From NCBI GenBank assembly GCA_902617375.1, contig CACMWI010000001.1, positions 64,090 through 128,089 of the forward strand: a stretch of DNA of 64,000 bases. Direction: 5' to 3'. Source of the stretch: an uncultured Alphaproteobacteria bacterium. GTDB taxonomy: Bacteria; Pseudomonadota; Alphaproteobacteria; Methylaequorales; Methylaequoraceae. Positions within the stretch are counted from its first letter, which is position 1. Each line of letters begins with the position of its first letter. Positions 9,796 to 20,278 of this stretch are shown here, piece by piece. The position numbers were made by a program, and so were the translations under genes. Under the pieces are notes generated by a model. It was not told the DNA's origin and made no database searches. It saw nothing but the letters and a program-made list of their open reading frames with translations.

Positions 9796-11658
9796 TTACT
9801 GACACGACAAACATTCCTCATAATCTGTTTTCTCCTCTACTATATTTTTAGAGGGCCATTGTTTTGTATTGTCGGCTTCAACCCCAGCATAACTTGCTCT
9901 TTGTATAGATTTAGATCGACAGTAGTACAAACTTTTTATACCTAACTCCCAGGCCTTCCAATGAAGCATCATTAAATCCCATTTATCAATATCTGCTGAT
10001 AAATAGAGATTTATTGATTGACTTTGGCATATGTATGGAGTTCTATCTGCAGCCATTTCTACTATCCACCTCTGATCGATTTCAAATGCTGTTTTGAAAA
10101 CTGCTTTCTCGTTTTCACTTAATTCCTTGAGATGAGATATTGATCCATCATTTTCCAATATACTTTGCCAAATTTTTTCAGTGTTTAGACCTTTCGAATT
10201 TAATAAATCTTCTAGATATTTATTTTTTACTGTGAAAGAACCTGAAAGAGTTTTATGCGTGTAAATATTAGCAGGTATAGGCTCAACGCAAGCACTTGTT
10301 CCACCACAAATTATACTGATTGATGCGGTAGGTGCTATTGCTAGCTTGTGACTAAATCTAGCTTTTACTCCCATCTCTGAGGCGTCAGGGCAAGCTCCCC
10401 TCTCCATAGCAAGAATCAGTGAGGCTTTATCAGCTTCTTTTTTTAAATGCTTAAAGAATTTTGCATTCCAGCTTTTGGCAACTGCGCTTTCAAACGGAAC
10501 ACCTTTTTTCTGGAGAAAACTATGAAAGCCCATTGCGCCAAGACCAACTGATCTTTCCATTTTGGCTGAGTAAATTGCATTTTTCATTGAATCTGGTGCA
10601 TTATTGATAAAGTCTTCGAGGACATTATCTAAAAACCTCATTATGTCTTCTATGAAGTTAATTTCCCCTGACCATTCGTCCCATTTTTCTAAATTTACGG
10701 ATGAGAGACAACATACTGCAGTTCTGTCTTTTCCATGATGATCTAAGCCAGTGTGTAGCATAATTTCACTACATAGGTTAGAGGTTCTTACTTTCATTCC
10801 TAGCTTTTGCTGATGTTTGGCCATGTTTTTATTTACTGTATCCATAAAGACCAAATAAGGCTCTCCAGTCTGCATTCTTGTCTCAAGTATTTTTTGCCAA
10901 AGTTCTCTAGCATTTACTTTTCTGAGCGTTTCATTGGTTTTGGGACTTTTAAGACAAAACTCTTTGTTATGTTTAACGCATTCCATAAACTCGTCTGTTA
11001 TGTTTATCCCGTGGTGCAGGTTTAAACTTTTTCTGTTAAAATCACCTGAAGGTTTTCTAATTTCTAAAAACTCCTCTATCTCTGGATGATGAATGTCAAG
11101 ATAGCATGCGGCTGAACCTCTTCTGAGAGAACCCTGAGAAATTGCCAGTGTTAAAGAATCCATAACTCTTACAAAGGGAATGATACCTGAGGTTTGTCCA
11201 GATTTTTTGACTGTCTCTCCAATCGATCTAACTTCACCCCAGTATGTTCCTATGCCGCCTCCGTTTGACGCAAGCCACACATTTTCTCCCCATGTTGATA
11301 GAATTCCATCAAGACTGTCGTGAACAGTATTTAAAAAACAAGATATTGGCAAGCCCCTTTTGGCTCCTCCATTTGAAAGGATAGGAGTTGCTGGCATAAA
11401 CCAAAGCTTTGAAATATACTCATATATTCTCTGGGCGTGTGCATCGTTGTCACTGTAGCATTTTGCTACCCTCATGAACATATCTTGAAACTTCTCTCCT
11501 GGTAGAAGATATCTGTCAATCAGTGTAGCCTTTCCAAAATCAGTTAAAAACTTATCTCTAGAGGCTTCGGTTTGAAGTTGCCTTGGGTTCTGTTTGGGTT
11601 CTTTATTTTCTAGTTTTTGTGATGCTAGATCCAGTATATTTGCATTAGATTGATTCAT
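9796..11658 (-). CDS. nrdA: Ribonucleotide-diphosphate reductase class Ia alpha subunit (short, no apparent ATP cone)
   Basis: ATPILSN, ISCF, SNLCSEI, AIAPTAS, KSLYY, C-terminal ECLSCQ. Confidence 0.95.
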   Translation of the reverse strand: MNQSNANILDLASQKLENKEPKQNPRQLQTEASRDKFLTDFGKATLIDRYLLPGEKFQDMFMRVAKCYSDNDAHAQRIYEYISKLWFMPATPILSNGGAKRGLPISCFLNTVHDSLDGILSTWGENVWLASNGGGIGTYWGEVRSIGETVKKSGQTSGIIPFVRVMDSLTLAISQGSLRRGSAACYLDIHHPEIEEFLEIRKPSGDFNRKSLNLHHGINITDEFMECVKHNKEFCLKSPKTNETLRKVNARELWQKILETRMQTGEPYLVFMDTVNKNMAKHQQKLGMKVRTSNLCSEIMLHTGLDHHGKDRTAVCCLSSVNLEKWDEWSGEINFIEDIMRFLDNVLEDFINNAPDSMKNAIYSAKMERSVGLGAMGFHSFLQKKGVPFESAVAKSWNAKFFKHLKKEADKASLILAMERGACPDASEMGVKARFSHKLAIAPTASISIICGGTSACVEPIPANIYTHKTLSGSFTVKNKYLEDLLNSKGLNTEKIWQSILENDGSISHLKELSENEKAVFKTAFEIDQRWIVEMAADRTPYICQSQSINLYLSADIDKWDLMMLHWKAWELGIKSLYYCRSKSIQRASYAGVEADNTKQWPSKNIVEEKTDYEECLSCQ

Positions 11659-11694
11659 TTAAAAAATTTCCTACTCTTAAAATAAAATTGTGAA

Positions 11695-11731
11695 ACACAA
11701 CATATAGTAATTAAAGATAAAATATTGTCAA
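11695..11731 (-). promoter_or_regulatory. nrdA sigma70 promoter overlapped by an NrdR-box-like site
   Basis: Minus strand TTGACA-N16-TACTAT; ACACAACATATAGTAA (11695-11710) matches 13/16 of the acaCwAtATaTwGtgt consensus. Confidence 0.7.
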
Positions 11732-11753
11732 CCAGTAGTATTAAAGTTTTTTT

Positions 11754-11830
11754 TGGCGTGCCCGGAGAGAGTCGAACTCCCAACCTTCTGATTCGTAGTC
11801 AGATGCTCTATCCAGTTGAGCTACGGGCAC
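11754..11830 (-). tRNA. tRNA-Arg(ACG)
   Basis: Reverse complement GTGCCCGTAGCTCAACTGGATAGAGCATCTGACT-ACG-AATCAGAAGGTTGGGAGTTCGACTCTCTCCGGGCACGCCA, 77 nt cloverleaf with CCA. Confidence 0.97.
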
Positions 11831-11994
11831 TTGGTAGTTTTTCATACAACTTTAAATTAAAAATCACATAATATAAATTTAAATAAATTAAAAATTAATT
11901 TTATTAAAATTTTTTTTTGTTTATTTTCAAAATTTTATAGGCTATAAATTAAAAATCGAACTTTTGTTAACAACACTTTAAAAATGCGAAAAAA

Positions 11995-13164
11995 ATGACC
12001 AAAAAATATTTAAACCTAGTAGCTTTAGTTTTATTATTTTCAAGTTATTCATGTACTGGCGTGCAAGAATACGTATTTCCGTCACTTTCTGATGAAGAAG
12101 TTGCTGCTCCTCCAGCACTTGAAGAAGTACCTGGGGCGGTTGAGGAAATAAACCAAGCTAATGCCCAAGAAATCCCCCCTTCACAATATGCCCCTCCCCC
12201 TGCAATGGCTCCAACTCAGCTAGTTAATGACGCAGGACCTACTGGTACGTTTGTAGGCGGTAAAATCAACCAATTTAGAGCAGACCTAACTAGCATTCAG
12301 AATGCAATATCATCCCACAATAATGACTTTCTAAGGTTCAAAGATCTCGTTGACGAACAAACATCAGTTTTTCAAGGTTTATCAAGTGCGATCCGATCTA
12401 GATTGCAAATAGGAACTACCCCTGGAAACCCTATTTTAGTTGGTCAATGGAATGATGCTCAAAGAGCTTTAGAAGATATTCAAAATAATGTTAATAACCT
12501 GCAAATCGTCAATAATAGAGTGACTGCTGACGCAGCTCTTATTGGGCATCTGAAAAATGCGATTGATTCAAGCTTTTTTATATCTGGAGCAATTGACGAG
12601 GATCACAATCAACTTAAAGTTTTAAAAGATGATGTACAAAGAACATCTGTACTTTACGAAAGATTAATGACAGAACTCGAAGAAAAGATTTCGCGTGAAA
12701 TTCAAATACTAAATGATGAAAGACAGTATATGAAGAGATTAGCAGAAGATGTTGAAGTCGGAAAATTTGGTGGAACTGTTAGTACTCCACCCACCAAATC
12801 CTCCTCTGGAGCAGTCGAACAGTCAGATGAAACTGTCACGAAACCAAAACAAGTAAAAGTAGCCCCAATTAACTATGATAATGCTATACTTGTAATAAAA
12901 TTTGATGATACAAACTTTGACTATTCAACAGCTTTGTTTGAGTCAATCTCCGGCGCGTTAGAACAGATGCCATCTGCTGGCTTTGAGGTTGTTGCTGTTA
13001 GTCCATCGGGTGGATCAAGTTATGCAGATCAAGCCAGGGATAGAGCTTCAGAAGTTTTTTCTAAAATAGTGGAAATGGGCGTGCCAACTGAGAGACTTTC
13101 CATTGCTTCTTCAACCAGCAACTCTGCTCAAGCTGAAGAAGTTCATATTTATCTCAAAAACTAA
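11995..13164 (+). CDS. Hypothetical lipoprotein (Pro-rich linker, coiled coil, OmpA-C-like tail)
   Basis: Lipobox-like SYSC, RLQIGTTPGNPIL, GAIDEDH, C-terminal MGVPTERL...EVHIY. Confidence 0.7.
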   Translation: MTKKYLNLVALVLLFSSYSCTGVQEYVFPSLSDEEVAAPPALEEVPGAVEEINQANAQEIPPSQYAPPPAMAPTQLVNDAGPTGTFVGGKINQFRADLTSIQNAISSHNNDFLRFKDLVDEQTSVFQGLSSAIRSRLQIGTTPGNPILVGQWNDAQRALEDIQNNVNNLQIVNNRVTADAALIGHLKNAIDSSFFISGAIDEDHNQLKVLKDDVQRTSVLYERLMTELEEKISREIQILNDERQYMKRLAEDVEVGKFGGTVSTPPTKSSSGAVEQSDETVTKPKQVKVAPINYDNAILVIKFDDTNFDYSTALFESISGALEQMPSAGFEVVAVSPSGGSSYADQARDRASEVFSKIVEMGVPTERLSIASSTSNSAQAEEVHIYLKN

Positions 13165-14038
13165 TATCTTCCACAATCAATAATCCATCACTAGAACATG
13201 CTAATTTATATTCAATCCGCATGTTATCAATTAGTCTTACCCCATTTATGGATATGGCTATAAAAATTCTTGAAATAGAGGGAACTTTAGTAAGTCTAGC
13301 CAAATTTTTTTCGTTTAAAATTTCTAAATAATGAACACGATCAATCCCAGATTTTTCTAAAAAGTCTTTGAAGTAGTTTAATCTATGAAGTGCAAAATTC
13401 CCTTCGATTATTTCTAGATTAATTTGCTTCAAAACTGTTGGGATGTATTTAGCAAGAAAAATTTTTTTTCCTAATAATTTATTTCTTGAAGAAAGCGCAA
13501 TTCCTTCCTTATTCCGTACCGTTGGATAAGACCTAACTTCTGTTTTAAATTCTAAGTCTTTAATTATTTTTTTTATAACTAGCAACTGTTGGTAATCCTT
13601 TTCCCCTAAAGTAATAGAATCTGGTTTTATTATATCCAAAAACTTAAGAATAATTTTAGCGACTCCTTCAAAATGGCTACTTCTATCAACTCCGCATAGT
13701 TTTCTTGCAATATGGCCCAATCTAAATTCAAACTTTACTACGTCTATAATTTGCGCATCCGGTAGAAATAGAACATCCACCCCTTCTGCTAAAAGTTTTT
13801 TTTTATCTGACTCAATTGTTCGGGGATAATTATCAAAATCTTTGTCGTCATTAAATTGTAGTGGGTTTACAAAAATGCTAACTACTCGTATTTCTTTAGT
13901 ATTTTCTGATTTTTTAAATAAACTTGAATGTCCTAAATGCAAGTTGCCCATTGTAGGAATAAAATTAATTAGCTTTCCTGATTTTCTTAAACTATCAATT
14001 TCTCTTGATAAAGTTTTTTCGTCACTTATTAATAACAT
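13154..14038 (-). CDS. panC: Pantoate-beta-alanine ligase
   Basis: PTMGNLHLGH, SIFVNPLQF, GEKDYQQ, ALSSRN, RLIDN. Confidence 0.95.
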   Translation of the reverse strand: MLLISDEKTLSREIDSLRKSGKLINFIPTMGNLHLGHSSLFKKSENTKEIRVVSIFVNPLQFNDDKDFDNYPRTIESDKKKLLAEGVDVLFLPDAQIIDVVKFEFRLGHIARKLCGVDRSSHFEGVAKIILKFLDIIKPDSITLGEKDYQQLLVIKKIIKDLEFKTEVRSYPTVRNKEGIALSSRNKLLGKKIFLAKYIPTVLKQINLEIIEGNFALHRLNYFKDFLEKSGIDRVHYLEILNEKNLARLTKVPSISRIFIAISINGVRLIDNMRIEYKLACSSDGLLIVEDISF

Positions 14039-14814
14039 TGATTTTTTTTTGGATATTTTCCATTTAAAACCTCTAAAGAAAATTTTTTAACAGCTTGTTT
14101 TGCTACAGGAAAAAAATCAAAGTACTTTTTTGAAAATTTTGTTTTTAATTCGGTCATTCCCAAAATATCCTCTGTAACTATTATTTGTCCTCTGCAACAT
14201 TCAGATGCTCCTATGCCTATTATTGGTAAATCACTAACCTTTATTAATTCATCTACAACCTTCTTGAGAGTACATTCAACAACCACAGAAAAAACGCCAA
14301 CTTTTTTTAAAATACTAATATCTTTAAAGATCTGTTTTTTTTCTTTTTCACTTTTACCATATACCTTCGGTCTACCTGTAATTGATTGCGGAAGCATTCC
14401 CAAGTGTCCCATTACTTTAATTTTATTTTGAGTTAAAAACTCTATAGTATCAGCAACCTTTTCGCCTCCTTCTAATTTTACTGCCATAGCACCGGAAGAG
14501 GAAATTATTTTTCTTGCATTTTCTAATGCCTTATGTTTCGACGTCTCGTAAGTTCCAAATGGCATGTCAACAACGATAAAAGCTTCTTTAGTGTGTTTAA
14601 CTACTGATTTGGCGTGTCTTATGATCATATCCATGTCGACATTTCTTGTTGTTTTATGCCCGTAGAGCACAGGACCAACTGAGTCTCCGACAAGTATTAT
14701 ATCTGCACATTTATCGGCAATTTTCGCTATCGGAGCAGTGTAAGCTGTTAGACACACAATCTTAGATTTTGAAAAAATCTTTTTTAACGAATTTCTTTTT
14801 TTTCTTTTGTTCAA
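14029..14814 (-). CDS. panB: 3-methyl-2-oxobutanoate hydroxymethyltransferase
   Basis: LTAY, ILVGDS, DMPFG, VKLEGG, GHLG..PQS, IGIGA. Confidence 0.95.
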   Translation of the reverse strand: MNKRKKRNSLKKIFSKSKIVCLTAYTAPIAKIADKCADIILVGDSVGPVLYGHKTTRNVDMDMIIRHAKSVVKHTKEAFIVVDMPFGTYETSKHKALENARKIISSSGAMAVKLEGGEKVADTIEFLTQNKIKVMGHLGMLPQSITGRPKVYGKSEKEKKQIFKDISILKKVGVFSVVVECTLKKVVDELIKVSDLPIIGIGASECCRGQIIVTEDILGMTELKTKFSKKYFDFFPVAKQAVKKFSLEVLNGKYPKKNQCY

Positions 14815-14871
14815 AATGTTCCTTAAATAATTTTTGTTTAATGAGAGTCTAAATAATTTATACTTTTATTT

Positions 14872-16542
14872 ATGAAAAAAAAAATAATTTTTTTCCTATT
14901 TTCCTTCTTCTCTGTTATAATAAAGAAAGCATGGACTGATGACATTTATCAATCTATTCAACCAGAAAAATCCTCAGAGGTTAAAATTGAAAAAAGTCTT
15001 AAGTCGGGAACATTCAAAAATTTCGTTGTTGTCACAGCTAATGATTACGCCACTAAAATAGGTTATGATATATTGGAAAAAGGCGGAACTGTTGCAGATG
15101 CTGCCGTTGCAATTCAATTAACTTTAGGTTTAGTAGAACCTCAATCATCTGGTCTGGGCGGTGGAATATTTCTTACTTACTATAATAAAAAGACAAACAA
15201 AACTGTAAGTTTTGATGGAAGAGAAAAAGCACCAAAGATTTTTAAAGAAAATATTTTTTTGGATAAAGATGGGAATCCAAAAAGATTTTTTGAAGCTGTT
15301 CTTGGCGGTTCATCTGTTGGAACTCCGTCAACCTTGAAAACTTTATATAGTTTTCATAAGAGTTATGGTAGGCTTGATTGGAGTGAAGTTATAAAACCGG
15401 TTATTGAACTTTCTTCAAACGGTTTCTTTCCCCCAGACAGGCTGATCAATGCGGTAAATAAAGAAAAATATTTATTCTCTATATATCCTGACTCAATTTA
15501 CAAAAGTATAAAAACTAATCCTAAAAAAAAATTTTTTAACAACGATTACACTAAAACATTAGAAATAATTTCTGAAAATATGCAAAGCTTTTATGAAGGT
15601 AGAATTGCTCAAGATATCGTATTTGTTGTAAATGAGTCGAATAATCCTGGGTTTTTAAATCTTGATGATTTGAAACAATATATACCTGAAAGAAAAGATG
15701 CATTATGTAGAACACTAAAAAATAATTATAAAATTTGTGGACCTAGTTTACCCTCCTCTGGAACAATATGCATTATACAAGCTCTAATTTTATATGAATT
15801 TTACGAGGAAAAACTAAAAAATAATGTCAACGAATTACTTGAAATTCTTAATTTTGTATATTCCATCAGAGATGATCAACTGGCAGATCCTAAGTTTATA
15901 GATGTAAATATTGAAAAGTTGCTTAACGAAAAATATCTTGTGGAAACTTATGAAAAGTTCAAAAAATTAAAAAAGAAATCTGTTATTCATAATTTTGAAG
16001 AGGTCTTTAGCTCAACCACACATTTTTCTTTAGTTGATAAATTTAATAATGTATTGTCAGCAACCTCGAGCATTGAAAGTTCATTTGGTTCTAGATTATT
16101 TACCAATGGATTTTTTTTAAATAATCAATTAACAGATTTTTCATTTAAAATTACTAATGATTCGGGTGTTTTGATTAAAAATCGACCTCAAGCTGAAAAA
16201 AAACCATTAAGCTCTATGTCTCCCTTAATTATATTTGACAATAATAAAAATTTTTATATGACAGTAGGTTCACCAGGCGGCAAAGCAATTATTTCTTACG
16301 TATTTAAATCGCTTATCTCAACATTATATCTAAATAAAAATATCGAAAGAGCAATCAACGAGCCAAACTATATCAAAATCAAAGATAAGATATTTGTTGA
16401 AACTGATTCATTAAGAGACATTGTAAAACAAAATGCGTTAAAAAGGAATTTAACAAGCGGACTTGCAATAATAATTAAAAAAAAAAAAAATTTTGAAGCC
16501 GCAGCTGACTCTAGAAGAGATGGAACAGTTAGGGGAAATTAA
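14872..16542 (+). CDS. ggt: Gamma-glutamyltransferase
   Basis: LVEPQSSGLGGG, DGREKAP, nucleophile TTHFS, LNNQLTDFS, PLSSMSP, GSPGG. Confidence 0.93.
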   Translation: MKKKIIFFLFSFFSVIIKKAWTDDIYQSIQPEKSSEVKIEKSLKSGTFKNFVVVTANDYATKIGYDILEKGGTVADAAVAIQLTLGLVEPQSSGLGGGIFLTYYNKKTNKTVSFDGREKAPKIFKENIFLDKDGNPKRFFEAVLGGSSVGTPSTLKTLYSFHKSYGRLDWSEVIKPVIELSSNGFFPPDRLINAVNKEKYLFSIYPDSIYKSIKTNPKKKFFNNDYTKTLEIISENMQSFYEGRIAQDIVFVVNESNNPGFLNLDDLKQYIPERKDALCRTLKNNYKICGPSLPSSGTICIIQALILYEFYEEKLKNNVNELLEILNFVYSIRDDQLADPKFIDVNIEKLLNEKYLVETYEKFKKLKKKSVIHNFEEVFSSTTHFSLVDKFNNVLSATSSIESSFGSRLFTNGFFLNNQLTDFSFKITNDSGVLIKNRPQAEKKPLSSMSPLIIFDNNKNFYMTVGSPGGKAIISYVFKSLISTLYLNKNIERAINEPNYIKIKDKIFVETDSLRDIVKQNALKRNLTSGLAIIIKKKKNFEAAADSRRDGTVRGN

Positions 16543-16595
16543 CAAATTAATTTACAAAAGTATTTTTCTGTTATAAACAATAATGAGGAAATATT

Positions 16596-16730
16596 ATGAA
16601 AAGAACATTTCAACCAAGTAATAGAGTCAGGAAAAACAGACATGGCTTTAGATCAAGAATGTCGTCATCCGGAGGAAAAAAAGTTCTTGCGAGAAGAAGA
16701 CAAAAAGGAAGAAAAAAAATCTCCGCCTAA
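16596..16730 (+). CDS. rpmH: 50S ribosomal protein L34
   Basis: Below ORF-track cutoff; [44 protein letters not shown]. Confidence 0.97.
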   Translation: MKRTFQPSNRVRKNRHGFRSRMSSSGGKKVLARRRQKGRKKISA

Positions 16731-17055
16731 AACCTGTTATGTTTTAAAAAAGCGTGCAGAATTTCTTGATATAAGAAAAAAAGGCAAAACCATTTACGCC
16801 AAATTTTTTATAATAAATTATTTTTTATCCTCTCAATCAGGTTTTTATTTCGGCTTAACAGTGTCTAGGAAAATTGGCAATGCTGTTAAAAGGAATTATC
16901 TAAAAAGAATTGTCAGAAGTATTGTATTAAATAACCTTAATTCAATGCCAAAGAATACAAAACTTGAAATAATTCCAAAAAAACAGATAGAAAAAAAAAA
17001 GTATTCAGAACTTGAAAAAGATTTTTTGGATACGGTAAAAAATTTAGTAATTTAA
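16687..17055 (+). CDS. rnpA: Ribonuclease P protein component (start uncertain: TTG 16687 or ATG 16642, both inside rpmH)
   Basis: [30 protein letters not shown] motif; lies between rpmH and yidC. Confidence 0.88.
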   Translation: MREEDKKEEKKSPPKTCYVLKKRAEFLDIRKKGKTIYAKFFIINYFLSSQSGFYFGLTVSRKIGNAVKRNYLKRIVRSIVLNNLNSMPKNTKLEIIPKKQIEKKKYSELEKDFLDTVKNLVI

Positions 17056-17102
17056 TATATTGAAATATAAAGTACTATCATATATTAATATTACCGTTGC
17101 AC

Positions 17103-18794
17103 ATGGATAATCAAAAAAATTTATTATTAGCTGTTGTCTTCTCATTATTTGTGCTCATTGGCTATGACTTCTTCTTTAATCCAAAGACTCAAATGAAAAC
17201 GCAAGAAGAACTGCCAAAAAATCCTGTTGTAGTTCCAAAGACCGATGAAAATATTCCTACCTTAGAGAGCAAAGAGTCAATATCAAAAGGGAAAAATAAA
17301 GAAAAGAGAATAAACTTTGAGTCTAAAAGACTTGAAGGTTCAATTAATTTGTATGGAGCAACATTTGATGAACTTTTTCTTAAAGACTATTTTAGAACTA
17401 TCGGAAAGAATGAAAAAATTCAAATCCTATCTAATGCAAACTCAGAGAAACCATATTTTTTAAGACTAGGCTGGGCATCAACTGACAGATCTTTAGAAAT
17501 GCCTGGAAAAGACTCGCTTTGGAAAGCAGAAAAAAATGAATTCAAAACAGGTGAAGAAATCAAACTTTCTTGGAATAATGGTAAAGGGATAGAGTTTGAA
17601 CGAAAAATAAATGTAGACGATAATTTTATGATTTCAGTCGAAGACGAAGTGATCAATAAATCAGGTAAGACTGTTGAAATAACTAATTTTTCATATCTCA
17701 GAAGGAAAAATTATAGACCGGCTAATAAATTTTTTATTCTTCATGAAGGACCATTGGGGGTTTTTAATGACACTCTCAAAGAGGTTACATACGATGAAAT
17801 AGAAGAAGAAAATGAGATAGTAGAAGTTACTAAAAATGGTTGGATTGGATTTACTGATCATTATTGGCAGGTTGCTATTTTTCCTGAAAACGACAAACCA
17901 TTCAAAGCAAGATTTAAAAATCTCGAAAATAATCCAAATTCTGTTCAAATTGATTTTATAAACGAATCTATTCAATCACTCCCCAATGACGGAAGAATGA
18001 AAATTAAATCATATGTATTTGCTGGAGCAAAAGAAGTTCCATTAATAGATAAATATATTCAAAAACTAAAAATCAACAAACTCGATTTGTCAGTAGATTT
18101 TGGATGGTTTTACTTTCTTACAAAACCACTTTTCTATGCCCTACACTTCCTATCAGGACTTTCAGGAAACTTCGGAATAGGAATAATAATTCTTACCATT
18201 TGTATCAGAGTTTTGCTTTTTCCATTAGCAAATAAATCTTTTAAATCGATGAATGCAATGAGAATTTTAACTCCAGAAATCCAAAGATTAAGAGAAAGAT
18301 ATAAAGACGATAAAGCTAAGATGAATCAAGAAATGTTTGCAATGTATAAAGAAAAAAAGATTAATCCTGCATCTGGTTGCTTGCCAATATTAATTCAAAT
18401 ACCTATCTTTTTTGCACTTTATAAAGTTCTTTTTGTGTCTATTGAGATGAGACATGCGCCATTTTTTGGATGGATAAAAGATTTGTCTGCACCCGATCCA
18501 ACAAGTTTGTTTAACCTTTTTGGATTAATTCCATGGGATCCCCCAATGTTTTTAACAATTGGTATTTGGCCAATATTAATGGGGCTTACAATGTATCTTC
18601 AACAAAAGATTAACCCACCACCACCTGATCCGATTCAAGCTAAAATATTTATGATGTTACCATTTATTTTTACTTTCTTATTGGCCACTTTCCCCTCTGG
18701 AATGGTTGTTTACTGGACAGTTAATAATATACTTTCTATTGCTCAACAGTATTTTCTTTTAAAGAAACAAAAAGCCGATAATCCGGTTAGTTAA
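17103..18794 (+). CDS. yidC: Membrane protein insertase YidC
   Basis: FFILHEG, VDFGWFYFLTKP, NPASGCLPILIQIPIFFALY, WIKDLSAPDP. Confidence 0.96.
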   Translation: MDNQKNLLLAVVFSLFVLIGYDFFFNPKTQMKTQEELPKNPVVVPKTDENIPTLESKESISKGKNKEKRINFESKRLEGSINLYGATFDELFLKDYFRTIGKNEKIQILSNANSEKPYFLRLGWASTDRSLEMPGKDSLWKAEKNEFKTGEEIKLSWNNGKGIEFERKINVDDNFMISVEDEVINKSGKTVEITNFSYLRRKNYRPANKFFILHEGPLGVFNDTLKEVTYDEIEEENEIVEVTKNGWIGFTDHYWQVAIFPENDKPFKARFKNLENNPNSVQIDFINESIQSLPNDGRMKIKSYVFAGAKEVPLIDKYIQKLKINKLDLSVDFGWFYFLTKPLFYALHFLSGLSGNFGIGIIILTICIRVLLFPLANKSFKSMNAMRILTPEIQRLRERYKDDKAKMNQEMFAMYKEKKINPASGCLPILIQIPIFFALYKVLFVSIEMRHAPFFGWIKDLSAPDPTSLFNLFGLIPWDPPMFLTIGIWPILMGLTMYLQQKINPPPPDPIQAKIFMMLPFIFTFLLATFPSGMVVYWTVNNILSIAQQYFLLKKQKADNPVS

Positions 18795-18797
18795 CAA

Positions 18798-19373
18798 ATG
18801 CCTGAGAACTGGAAATTCTTAATTGAGGCTCATAAATTCACTGATCTACCACAAGACGAAATTCCTGAAATAGTTTTCTGGGGACGCTCAAATGTTGGAA
18901 AGTCTTCTTTGGTTAATTCTATTACAAATTTAAAAATTGCTAAGACTTCAAAAACACCAGGTAGAACTAGATCTTTAGTTTTTTTTGAATTGAAAGGAAA
19001 ATTCAGAATTGTTGATTTTCCAGGATATGGATTCTCCAAAATTTCAAAAGGTGATGAATTCAAACTTAATAAACTCGTGGACTACTACATTAAAAAAAGA
19101 AAAAATATCTGTAAGTTCCTTGTTTTAATCGACTCTTTGCATGGATTTAAAAAAATTGACGAAGATATAATTAGTCAATTGAATATTTTTATTAAAAAAA
19201 AAATTTTCATAGTTTTTACGAAACAAGACAGACTTAAAAATAAGTACCAACTTGATCATCTTAGAAATTTAAATGATATTGCGGGTAAAAAATTAAATAA
19301 AAAGTTCTTTAATACAAGCATAAAGCAAGTTAATACTATTATTTTACTGAAAAAATTCTTAATGAGTTCCTAA
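18798..19373 (+). CDS. engB: Ribosome biogenesis GTP-binding protein EngB/YihA
   Basis: GRSNVGKSS, SKTPGRT, DFPGYG, TKQD. Confidence 0.92.
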   Translation: MPENWKFLIEAHKFTDLPQDEIPEIVFWGRSNVGKSSLVNSITNLKIAKTSKTPGRTRSLVFFELKGKFRIVDFPGYGFSKISKGDEFKLNKLVDYYIKKRKNICKFLVLIDSLHGFKKIDEDIISQLNIFIKKKIFIVFTKQDRLKNKYQLDHLRNLNDIAGKKLNKKFFNTSIKQVNTIILLKKFLMSS

Positions 19374-19381
19374 TAATTATA

Positions 19382-20278
19382 ATGAAAATTTCCAAAACAA
19401 ATACTCAAGACTTAATAGATAAAGCTACAATTCTCTCAAAAGCATTACCATTCATGCAGAGATATTCAGGTAAAAATATAACCGTTAAGCTAGGGGGAGC
19501 TGTGATGGGAGAAAAAAATCTTAGCTCAAGTTTTGCCAAAGATATTGTGCTTCTAAAACAAGTTGGAATCAATCCAGTTGTTGTCCACGGTGGGGGGCCA
19601 AAAATAAAAGATATGCTTGATAAGCTTGGAGTTGAGAGTAACTTTATAAATGGCTTGAGAGTAACTGACAAAGAAACCATGAAAATTGTTGAAATGGTAT
19701 TATCCGGCTCAATCAATAAAGAAATTGTAATGGAAATTAATAAAGAAGGAGGAAGAGGTATAGGTTTGTCCGGAAAAGATGCATTATTGGCAGAGACAAA
19801 AAAAATAAAAATACCCAGTTCAAACCTCAAAGCCTCTAAATTATCAGACATTGGTTTTGTAGGACAACCACATAAAATTAATAAAGAACTTTTAAAATGG
19901 CTACTTCAATCTGATTTAGTCCCAGTTATTTCGCCAATAGGATTTGATAAGAGTTTTGAAACCTTCAACATTAACGCAGATATTATGGCTGGAAGCGTCG
20001 CTTCAAACATTAATTCTGAAAGATTAATTCTTTTGACTGACGTTGACGGAGTTCTTGACAAAAAAGGAAGTTTGTTAACGGAGATTTCATTAGACGATAT
20101 AAAAAAACTTATTAAAAACGGAACTATATCAGGAGGAATGATACCTAAAATCGAGACCTGTGTGAACGCTGTTAAAAAAGGTGTAAAAGCTGCAGTAATA
20201 TTAAATGGCAAAGTTCCACATGCCATTTTATTAGAGATTTTTACTGAAAAAGGCGTAGGTACTTTAATCACCAGCTGA
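19382..20278 (+). CDS. argB: Acetylglutamate kinase
   Basis: VKLGGA, VHGGGP, GLRVTD, NINAD, GGMIPK. Confidence 0.95.
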   Translation: MKISKTNTQDLIDKATILSKALPFMQRYSGKNITVKLGGAVMGEKNLSSSFAKDIVLLKQVGINPVVVHGGGPKIKDMLDKLGVESNFINGLRVTDKETMKIVEMVLSGSINKEIVMEINKEGGRGIGLSGKDALLAETKKIKIPSSNLKASKLSDIGFVGQPHKINKELLKWLLQSDLVPVISPIGFDKSFETFNINADIMAGSVASNINSERLILLTDVDGVLDKKGSLLTEISLDDIKKLIKNGTISGGMIPKIETCVNAVKKGVKAAVILNGKVPHAILLEIFTEKGVGTLITS

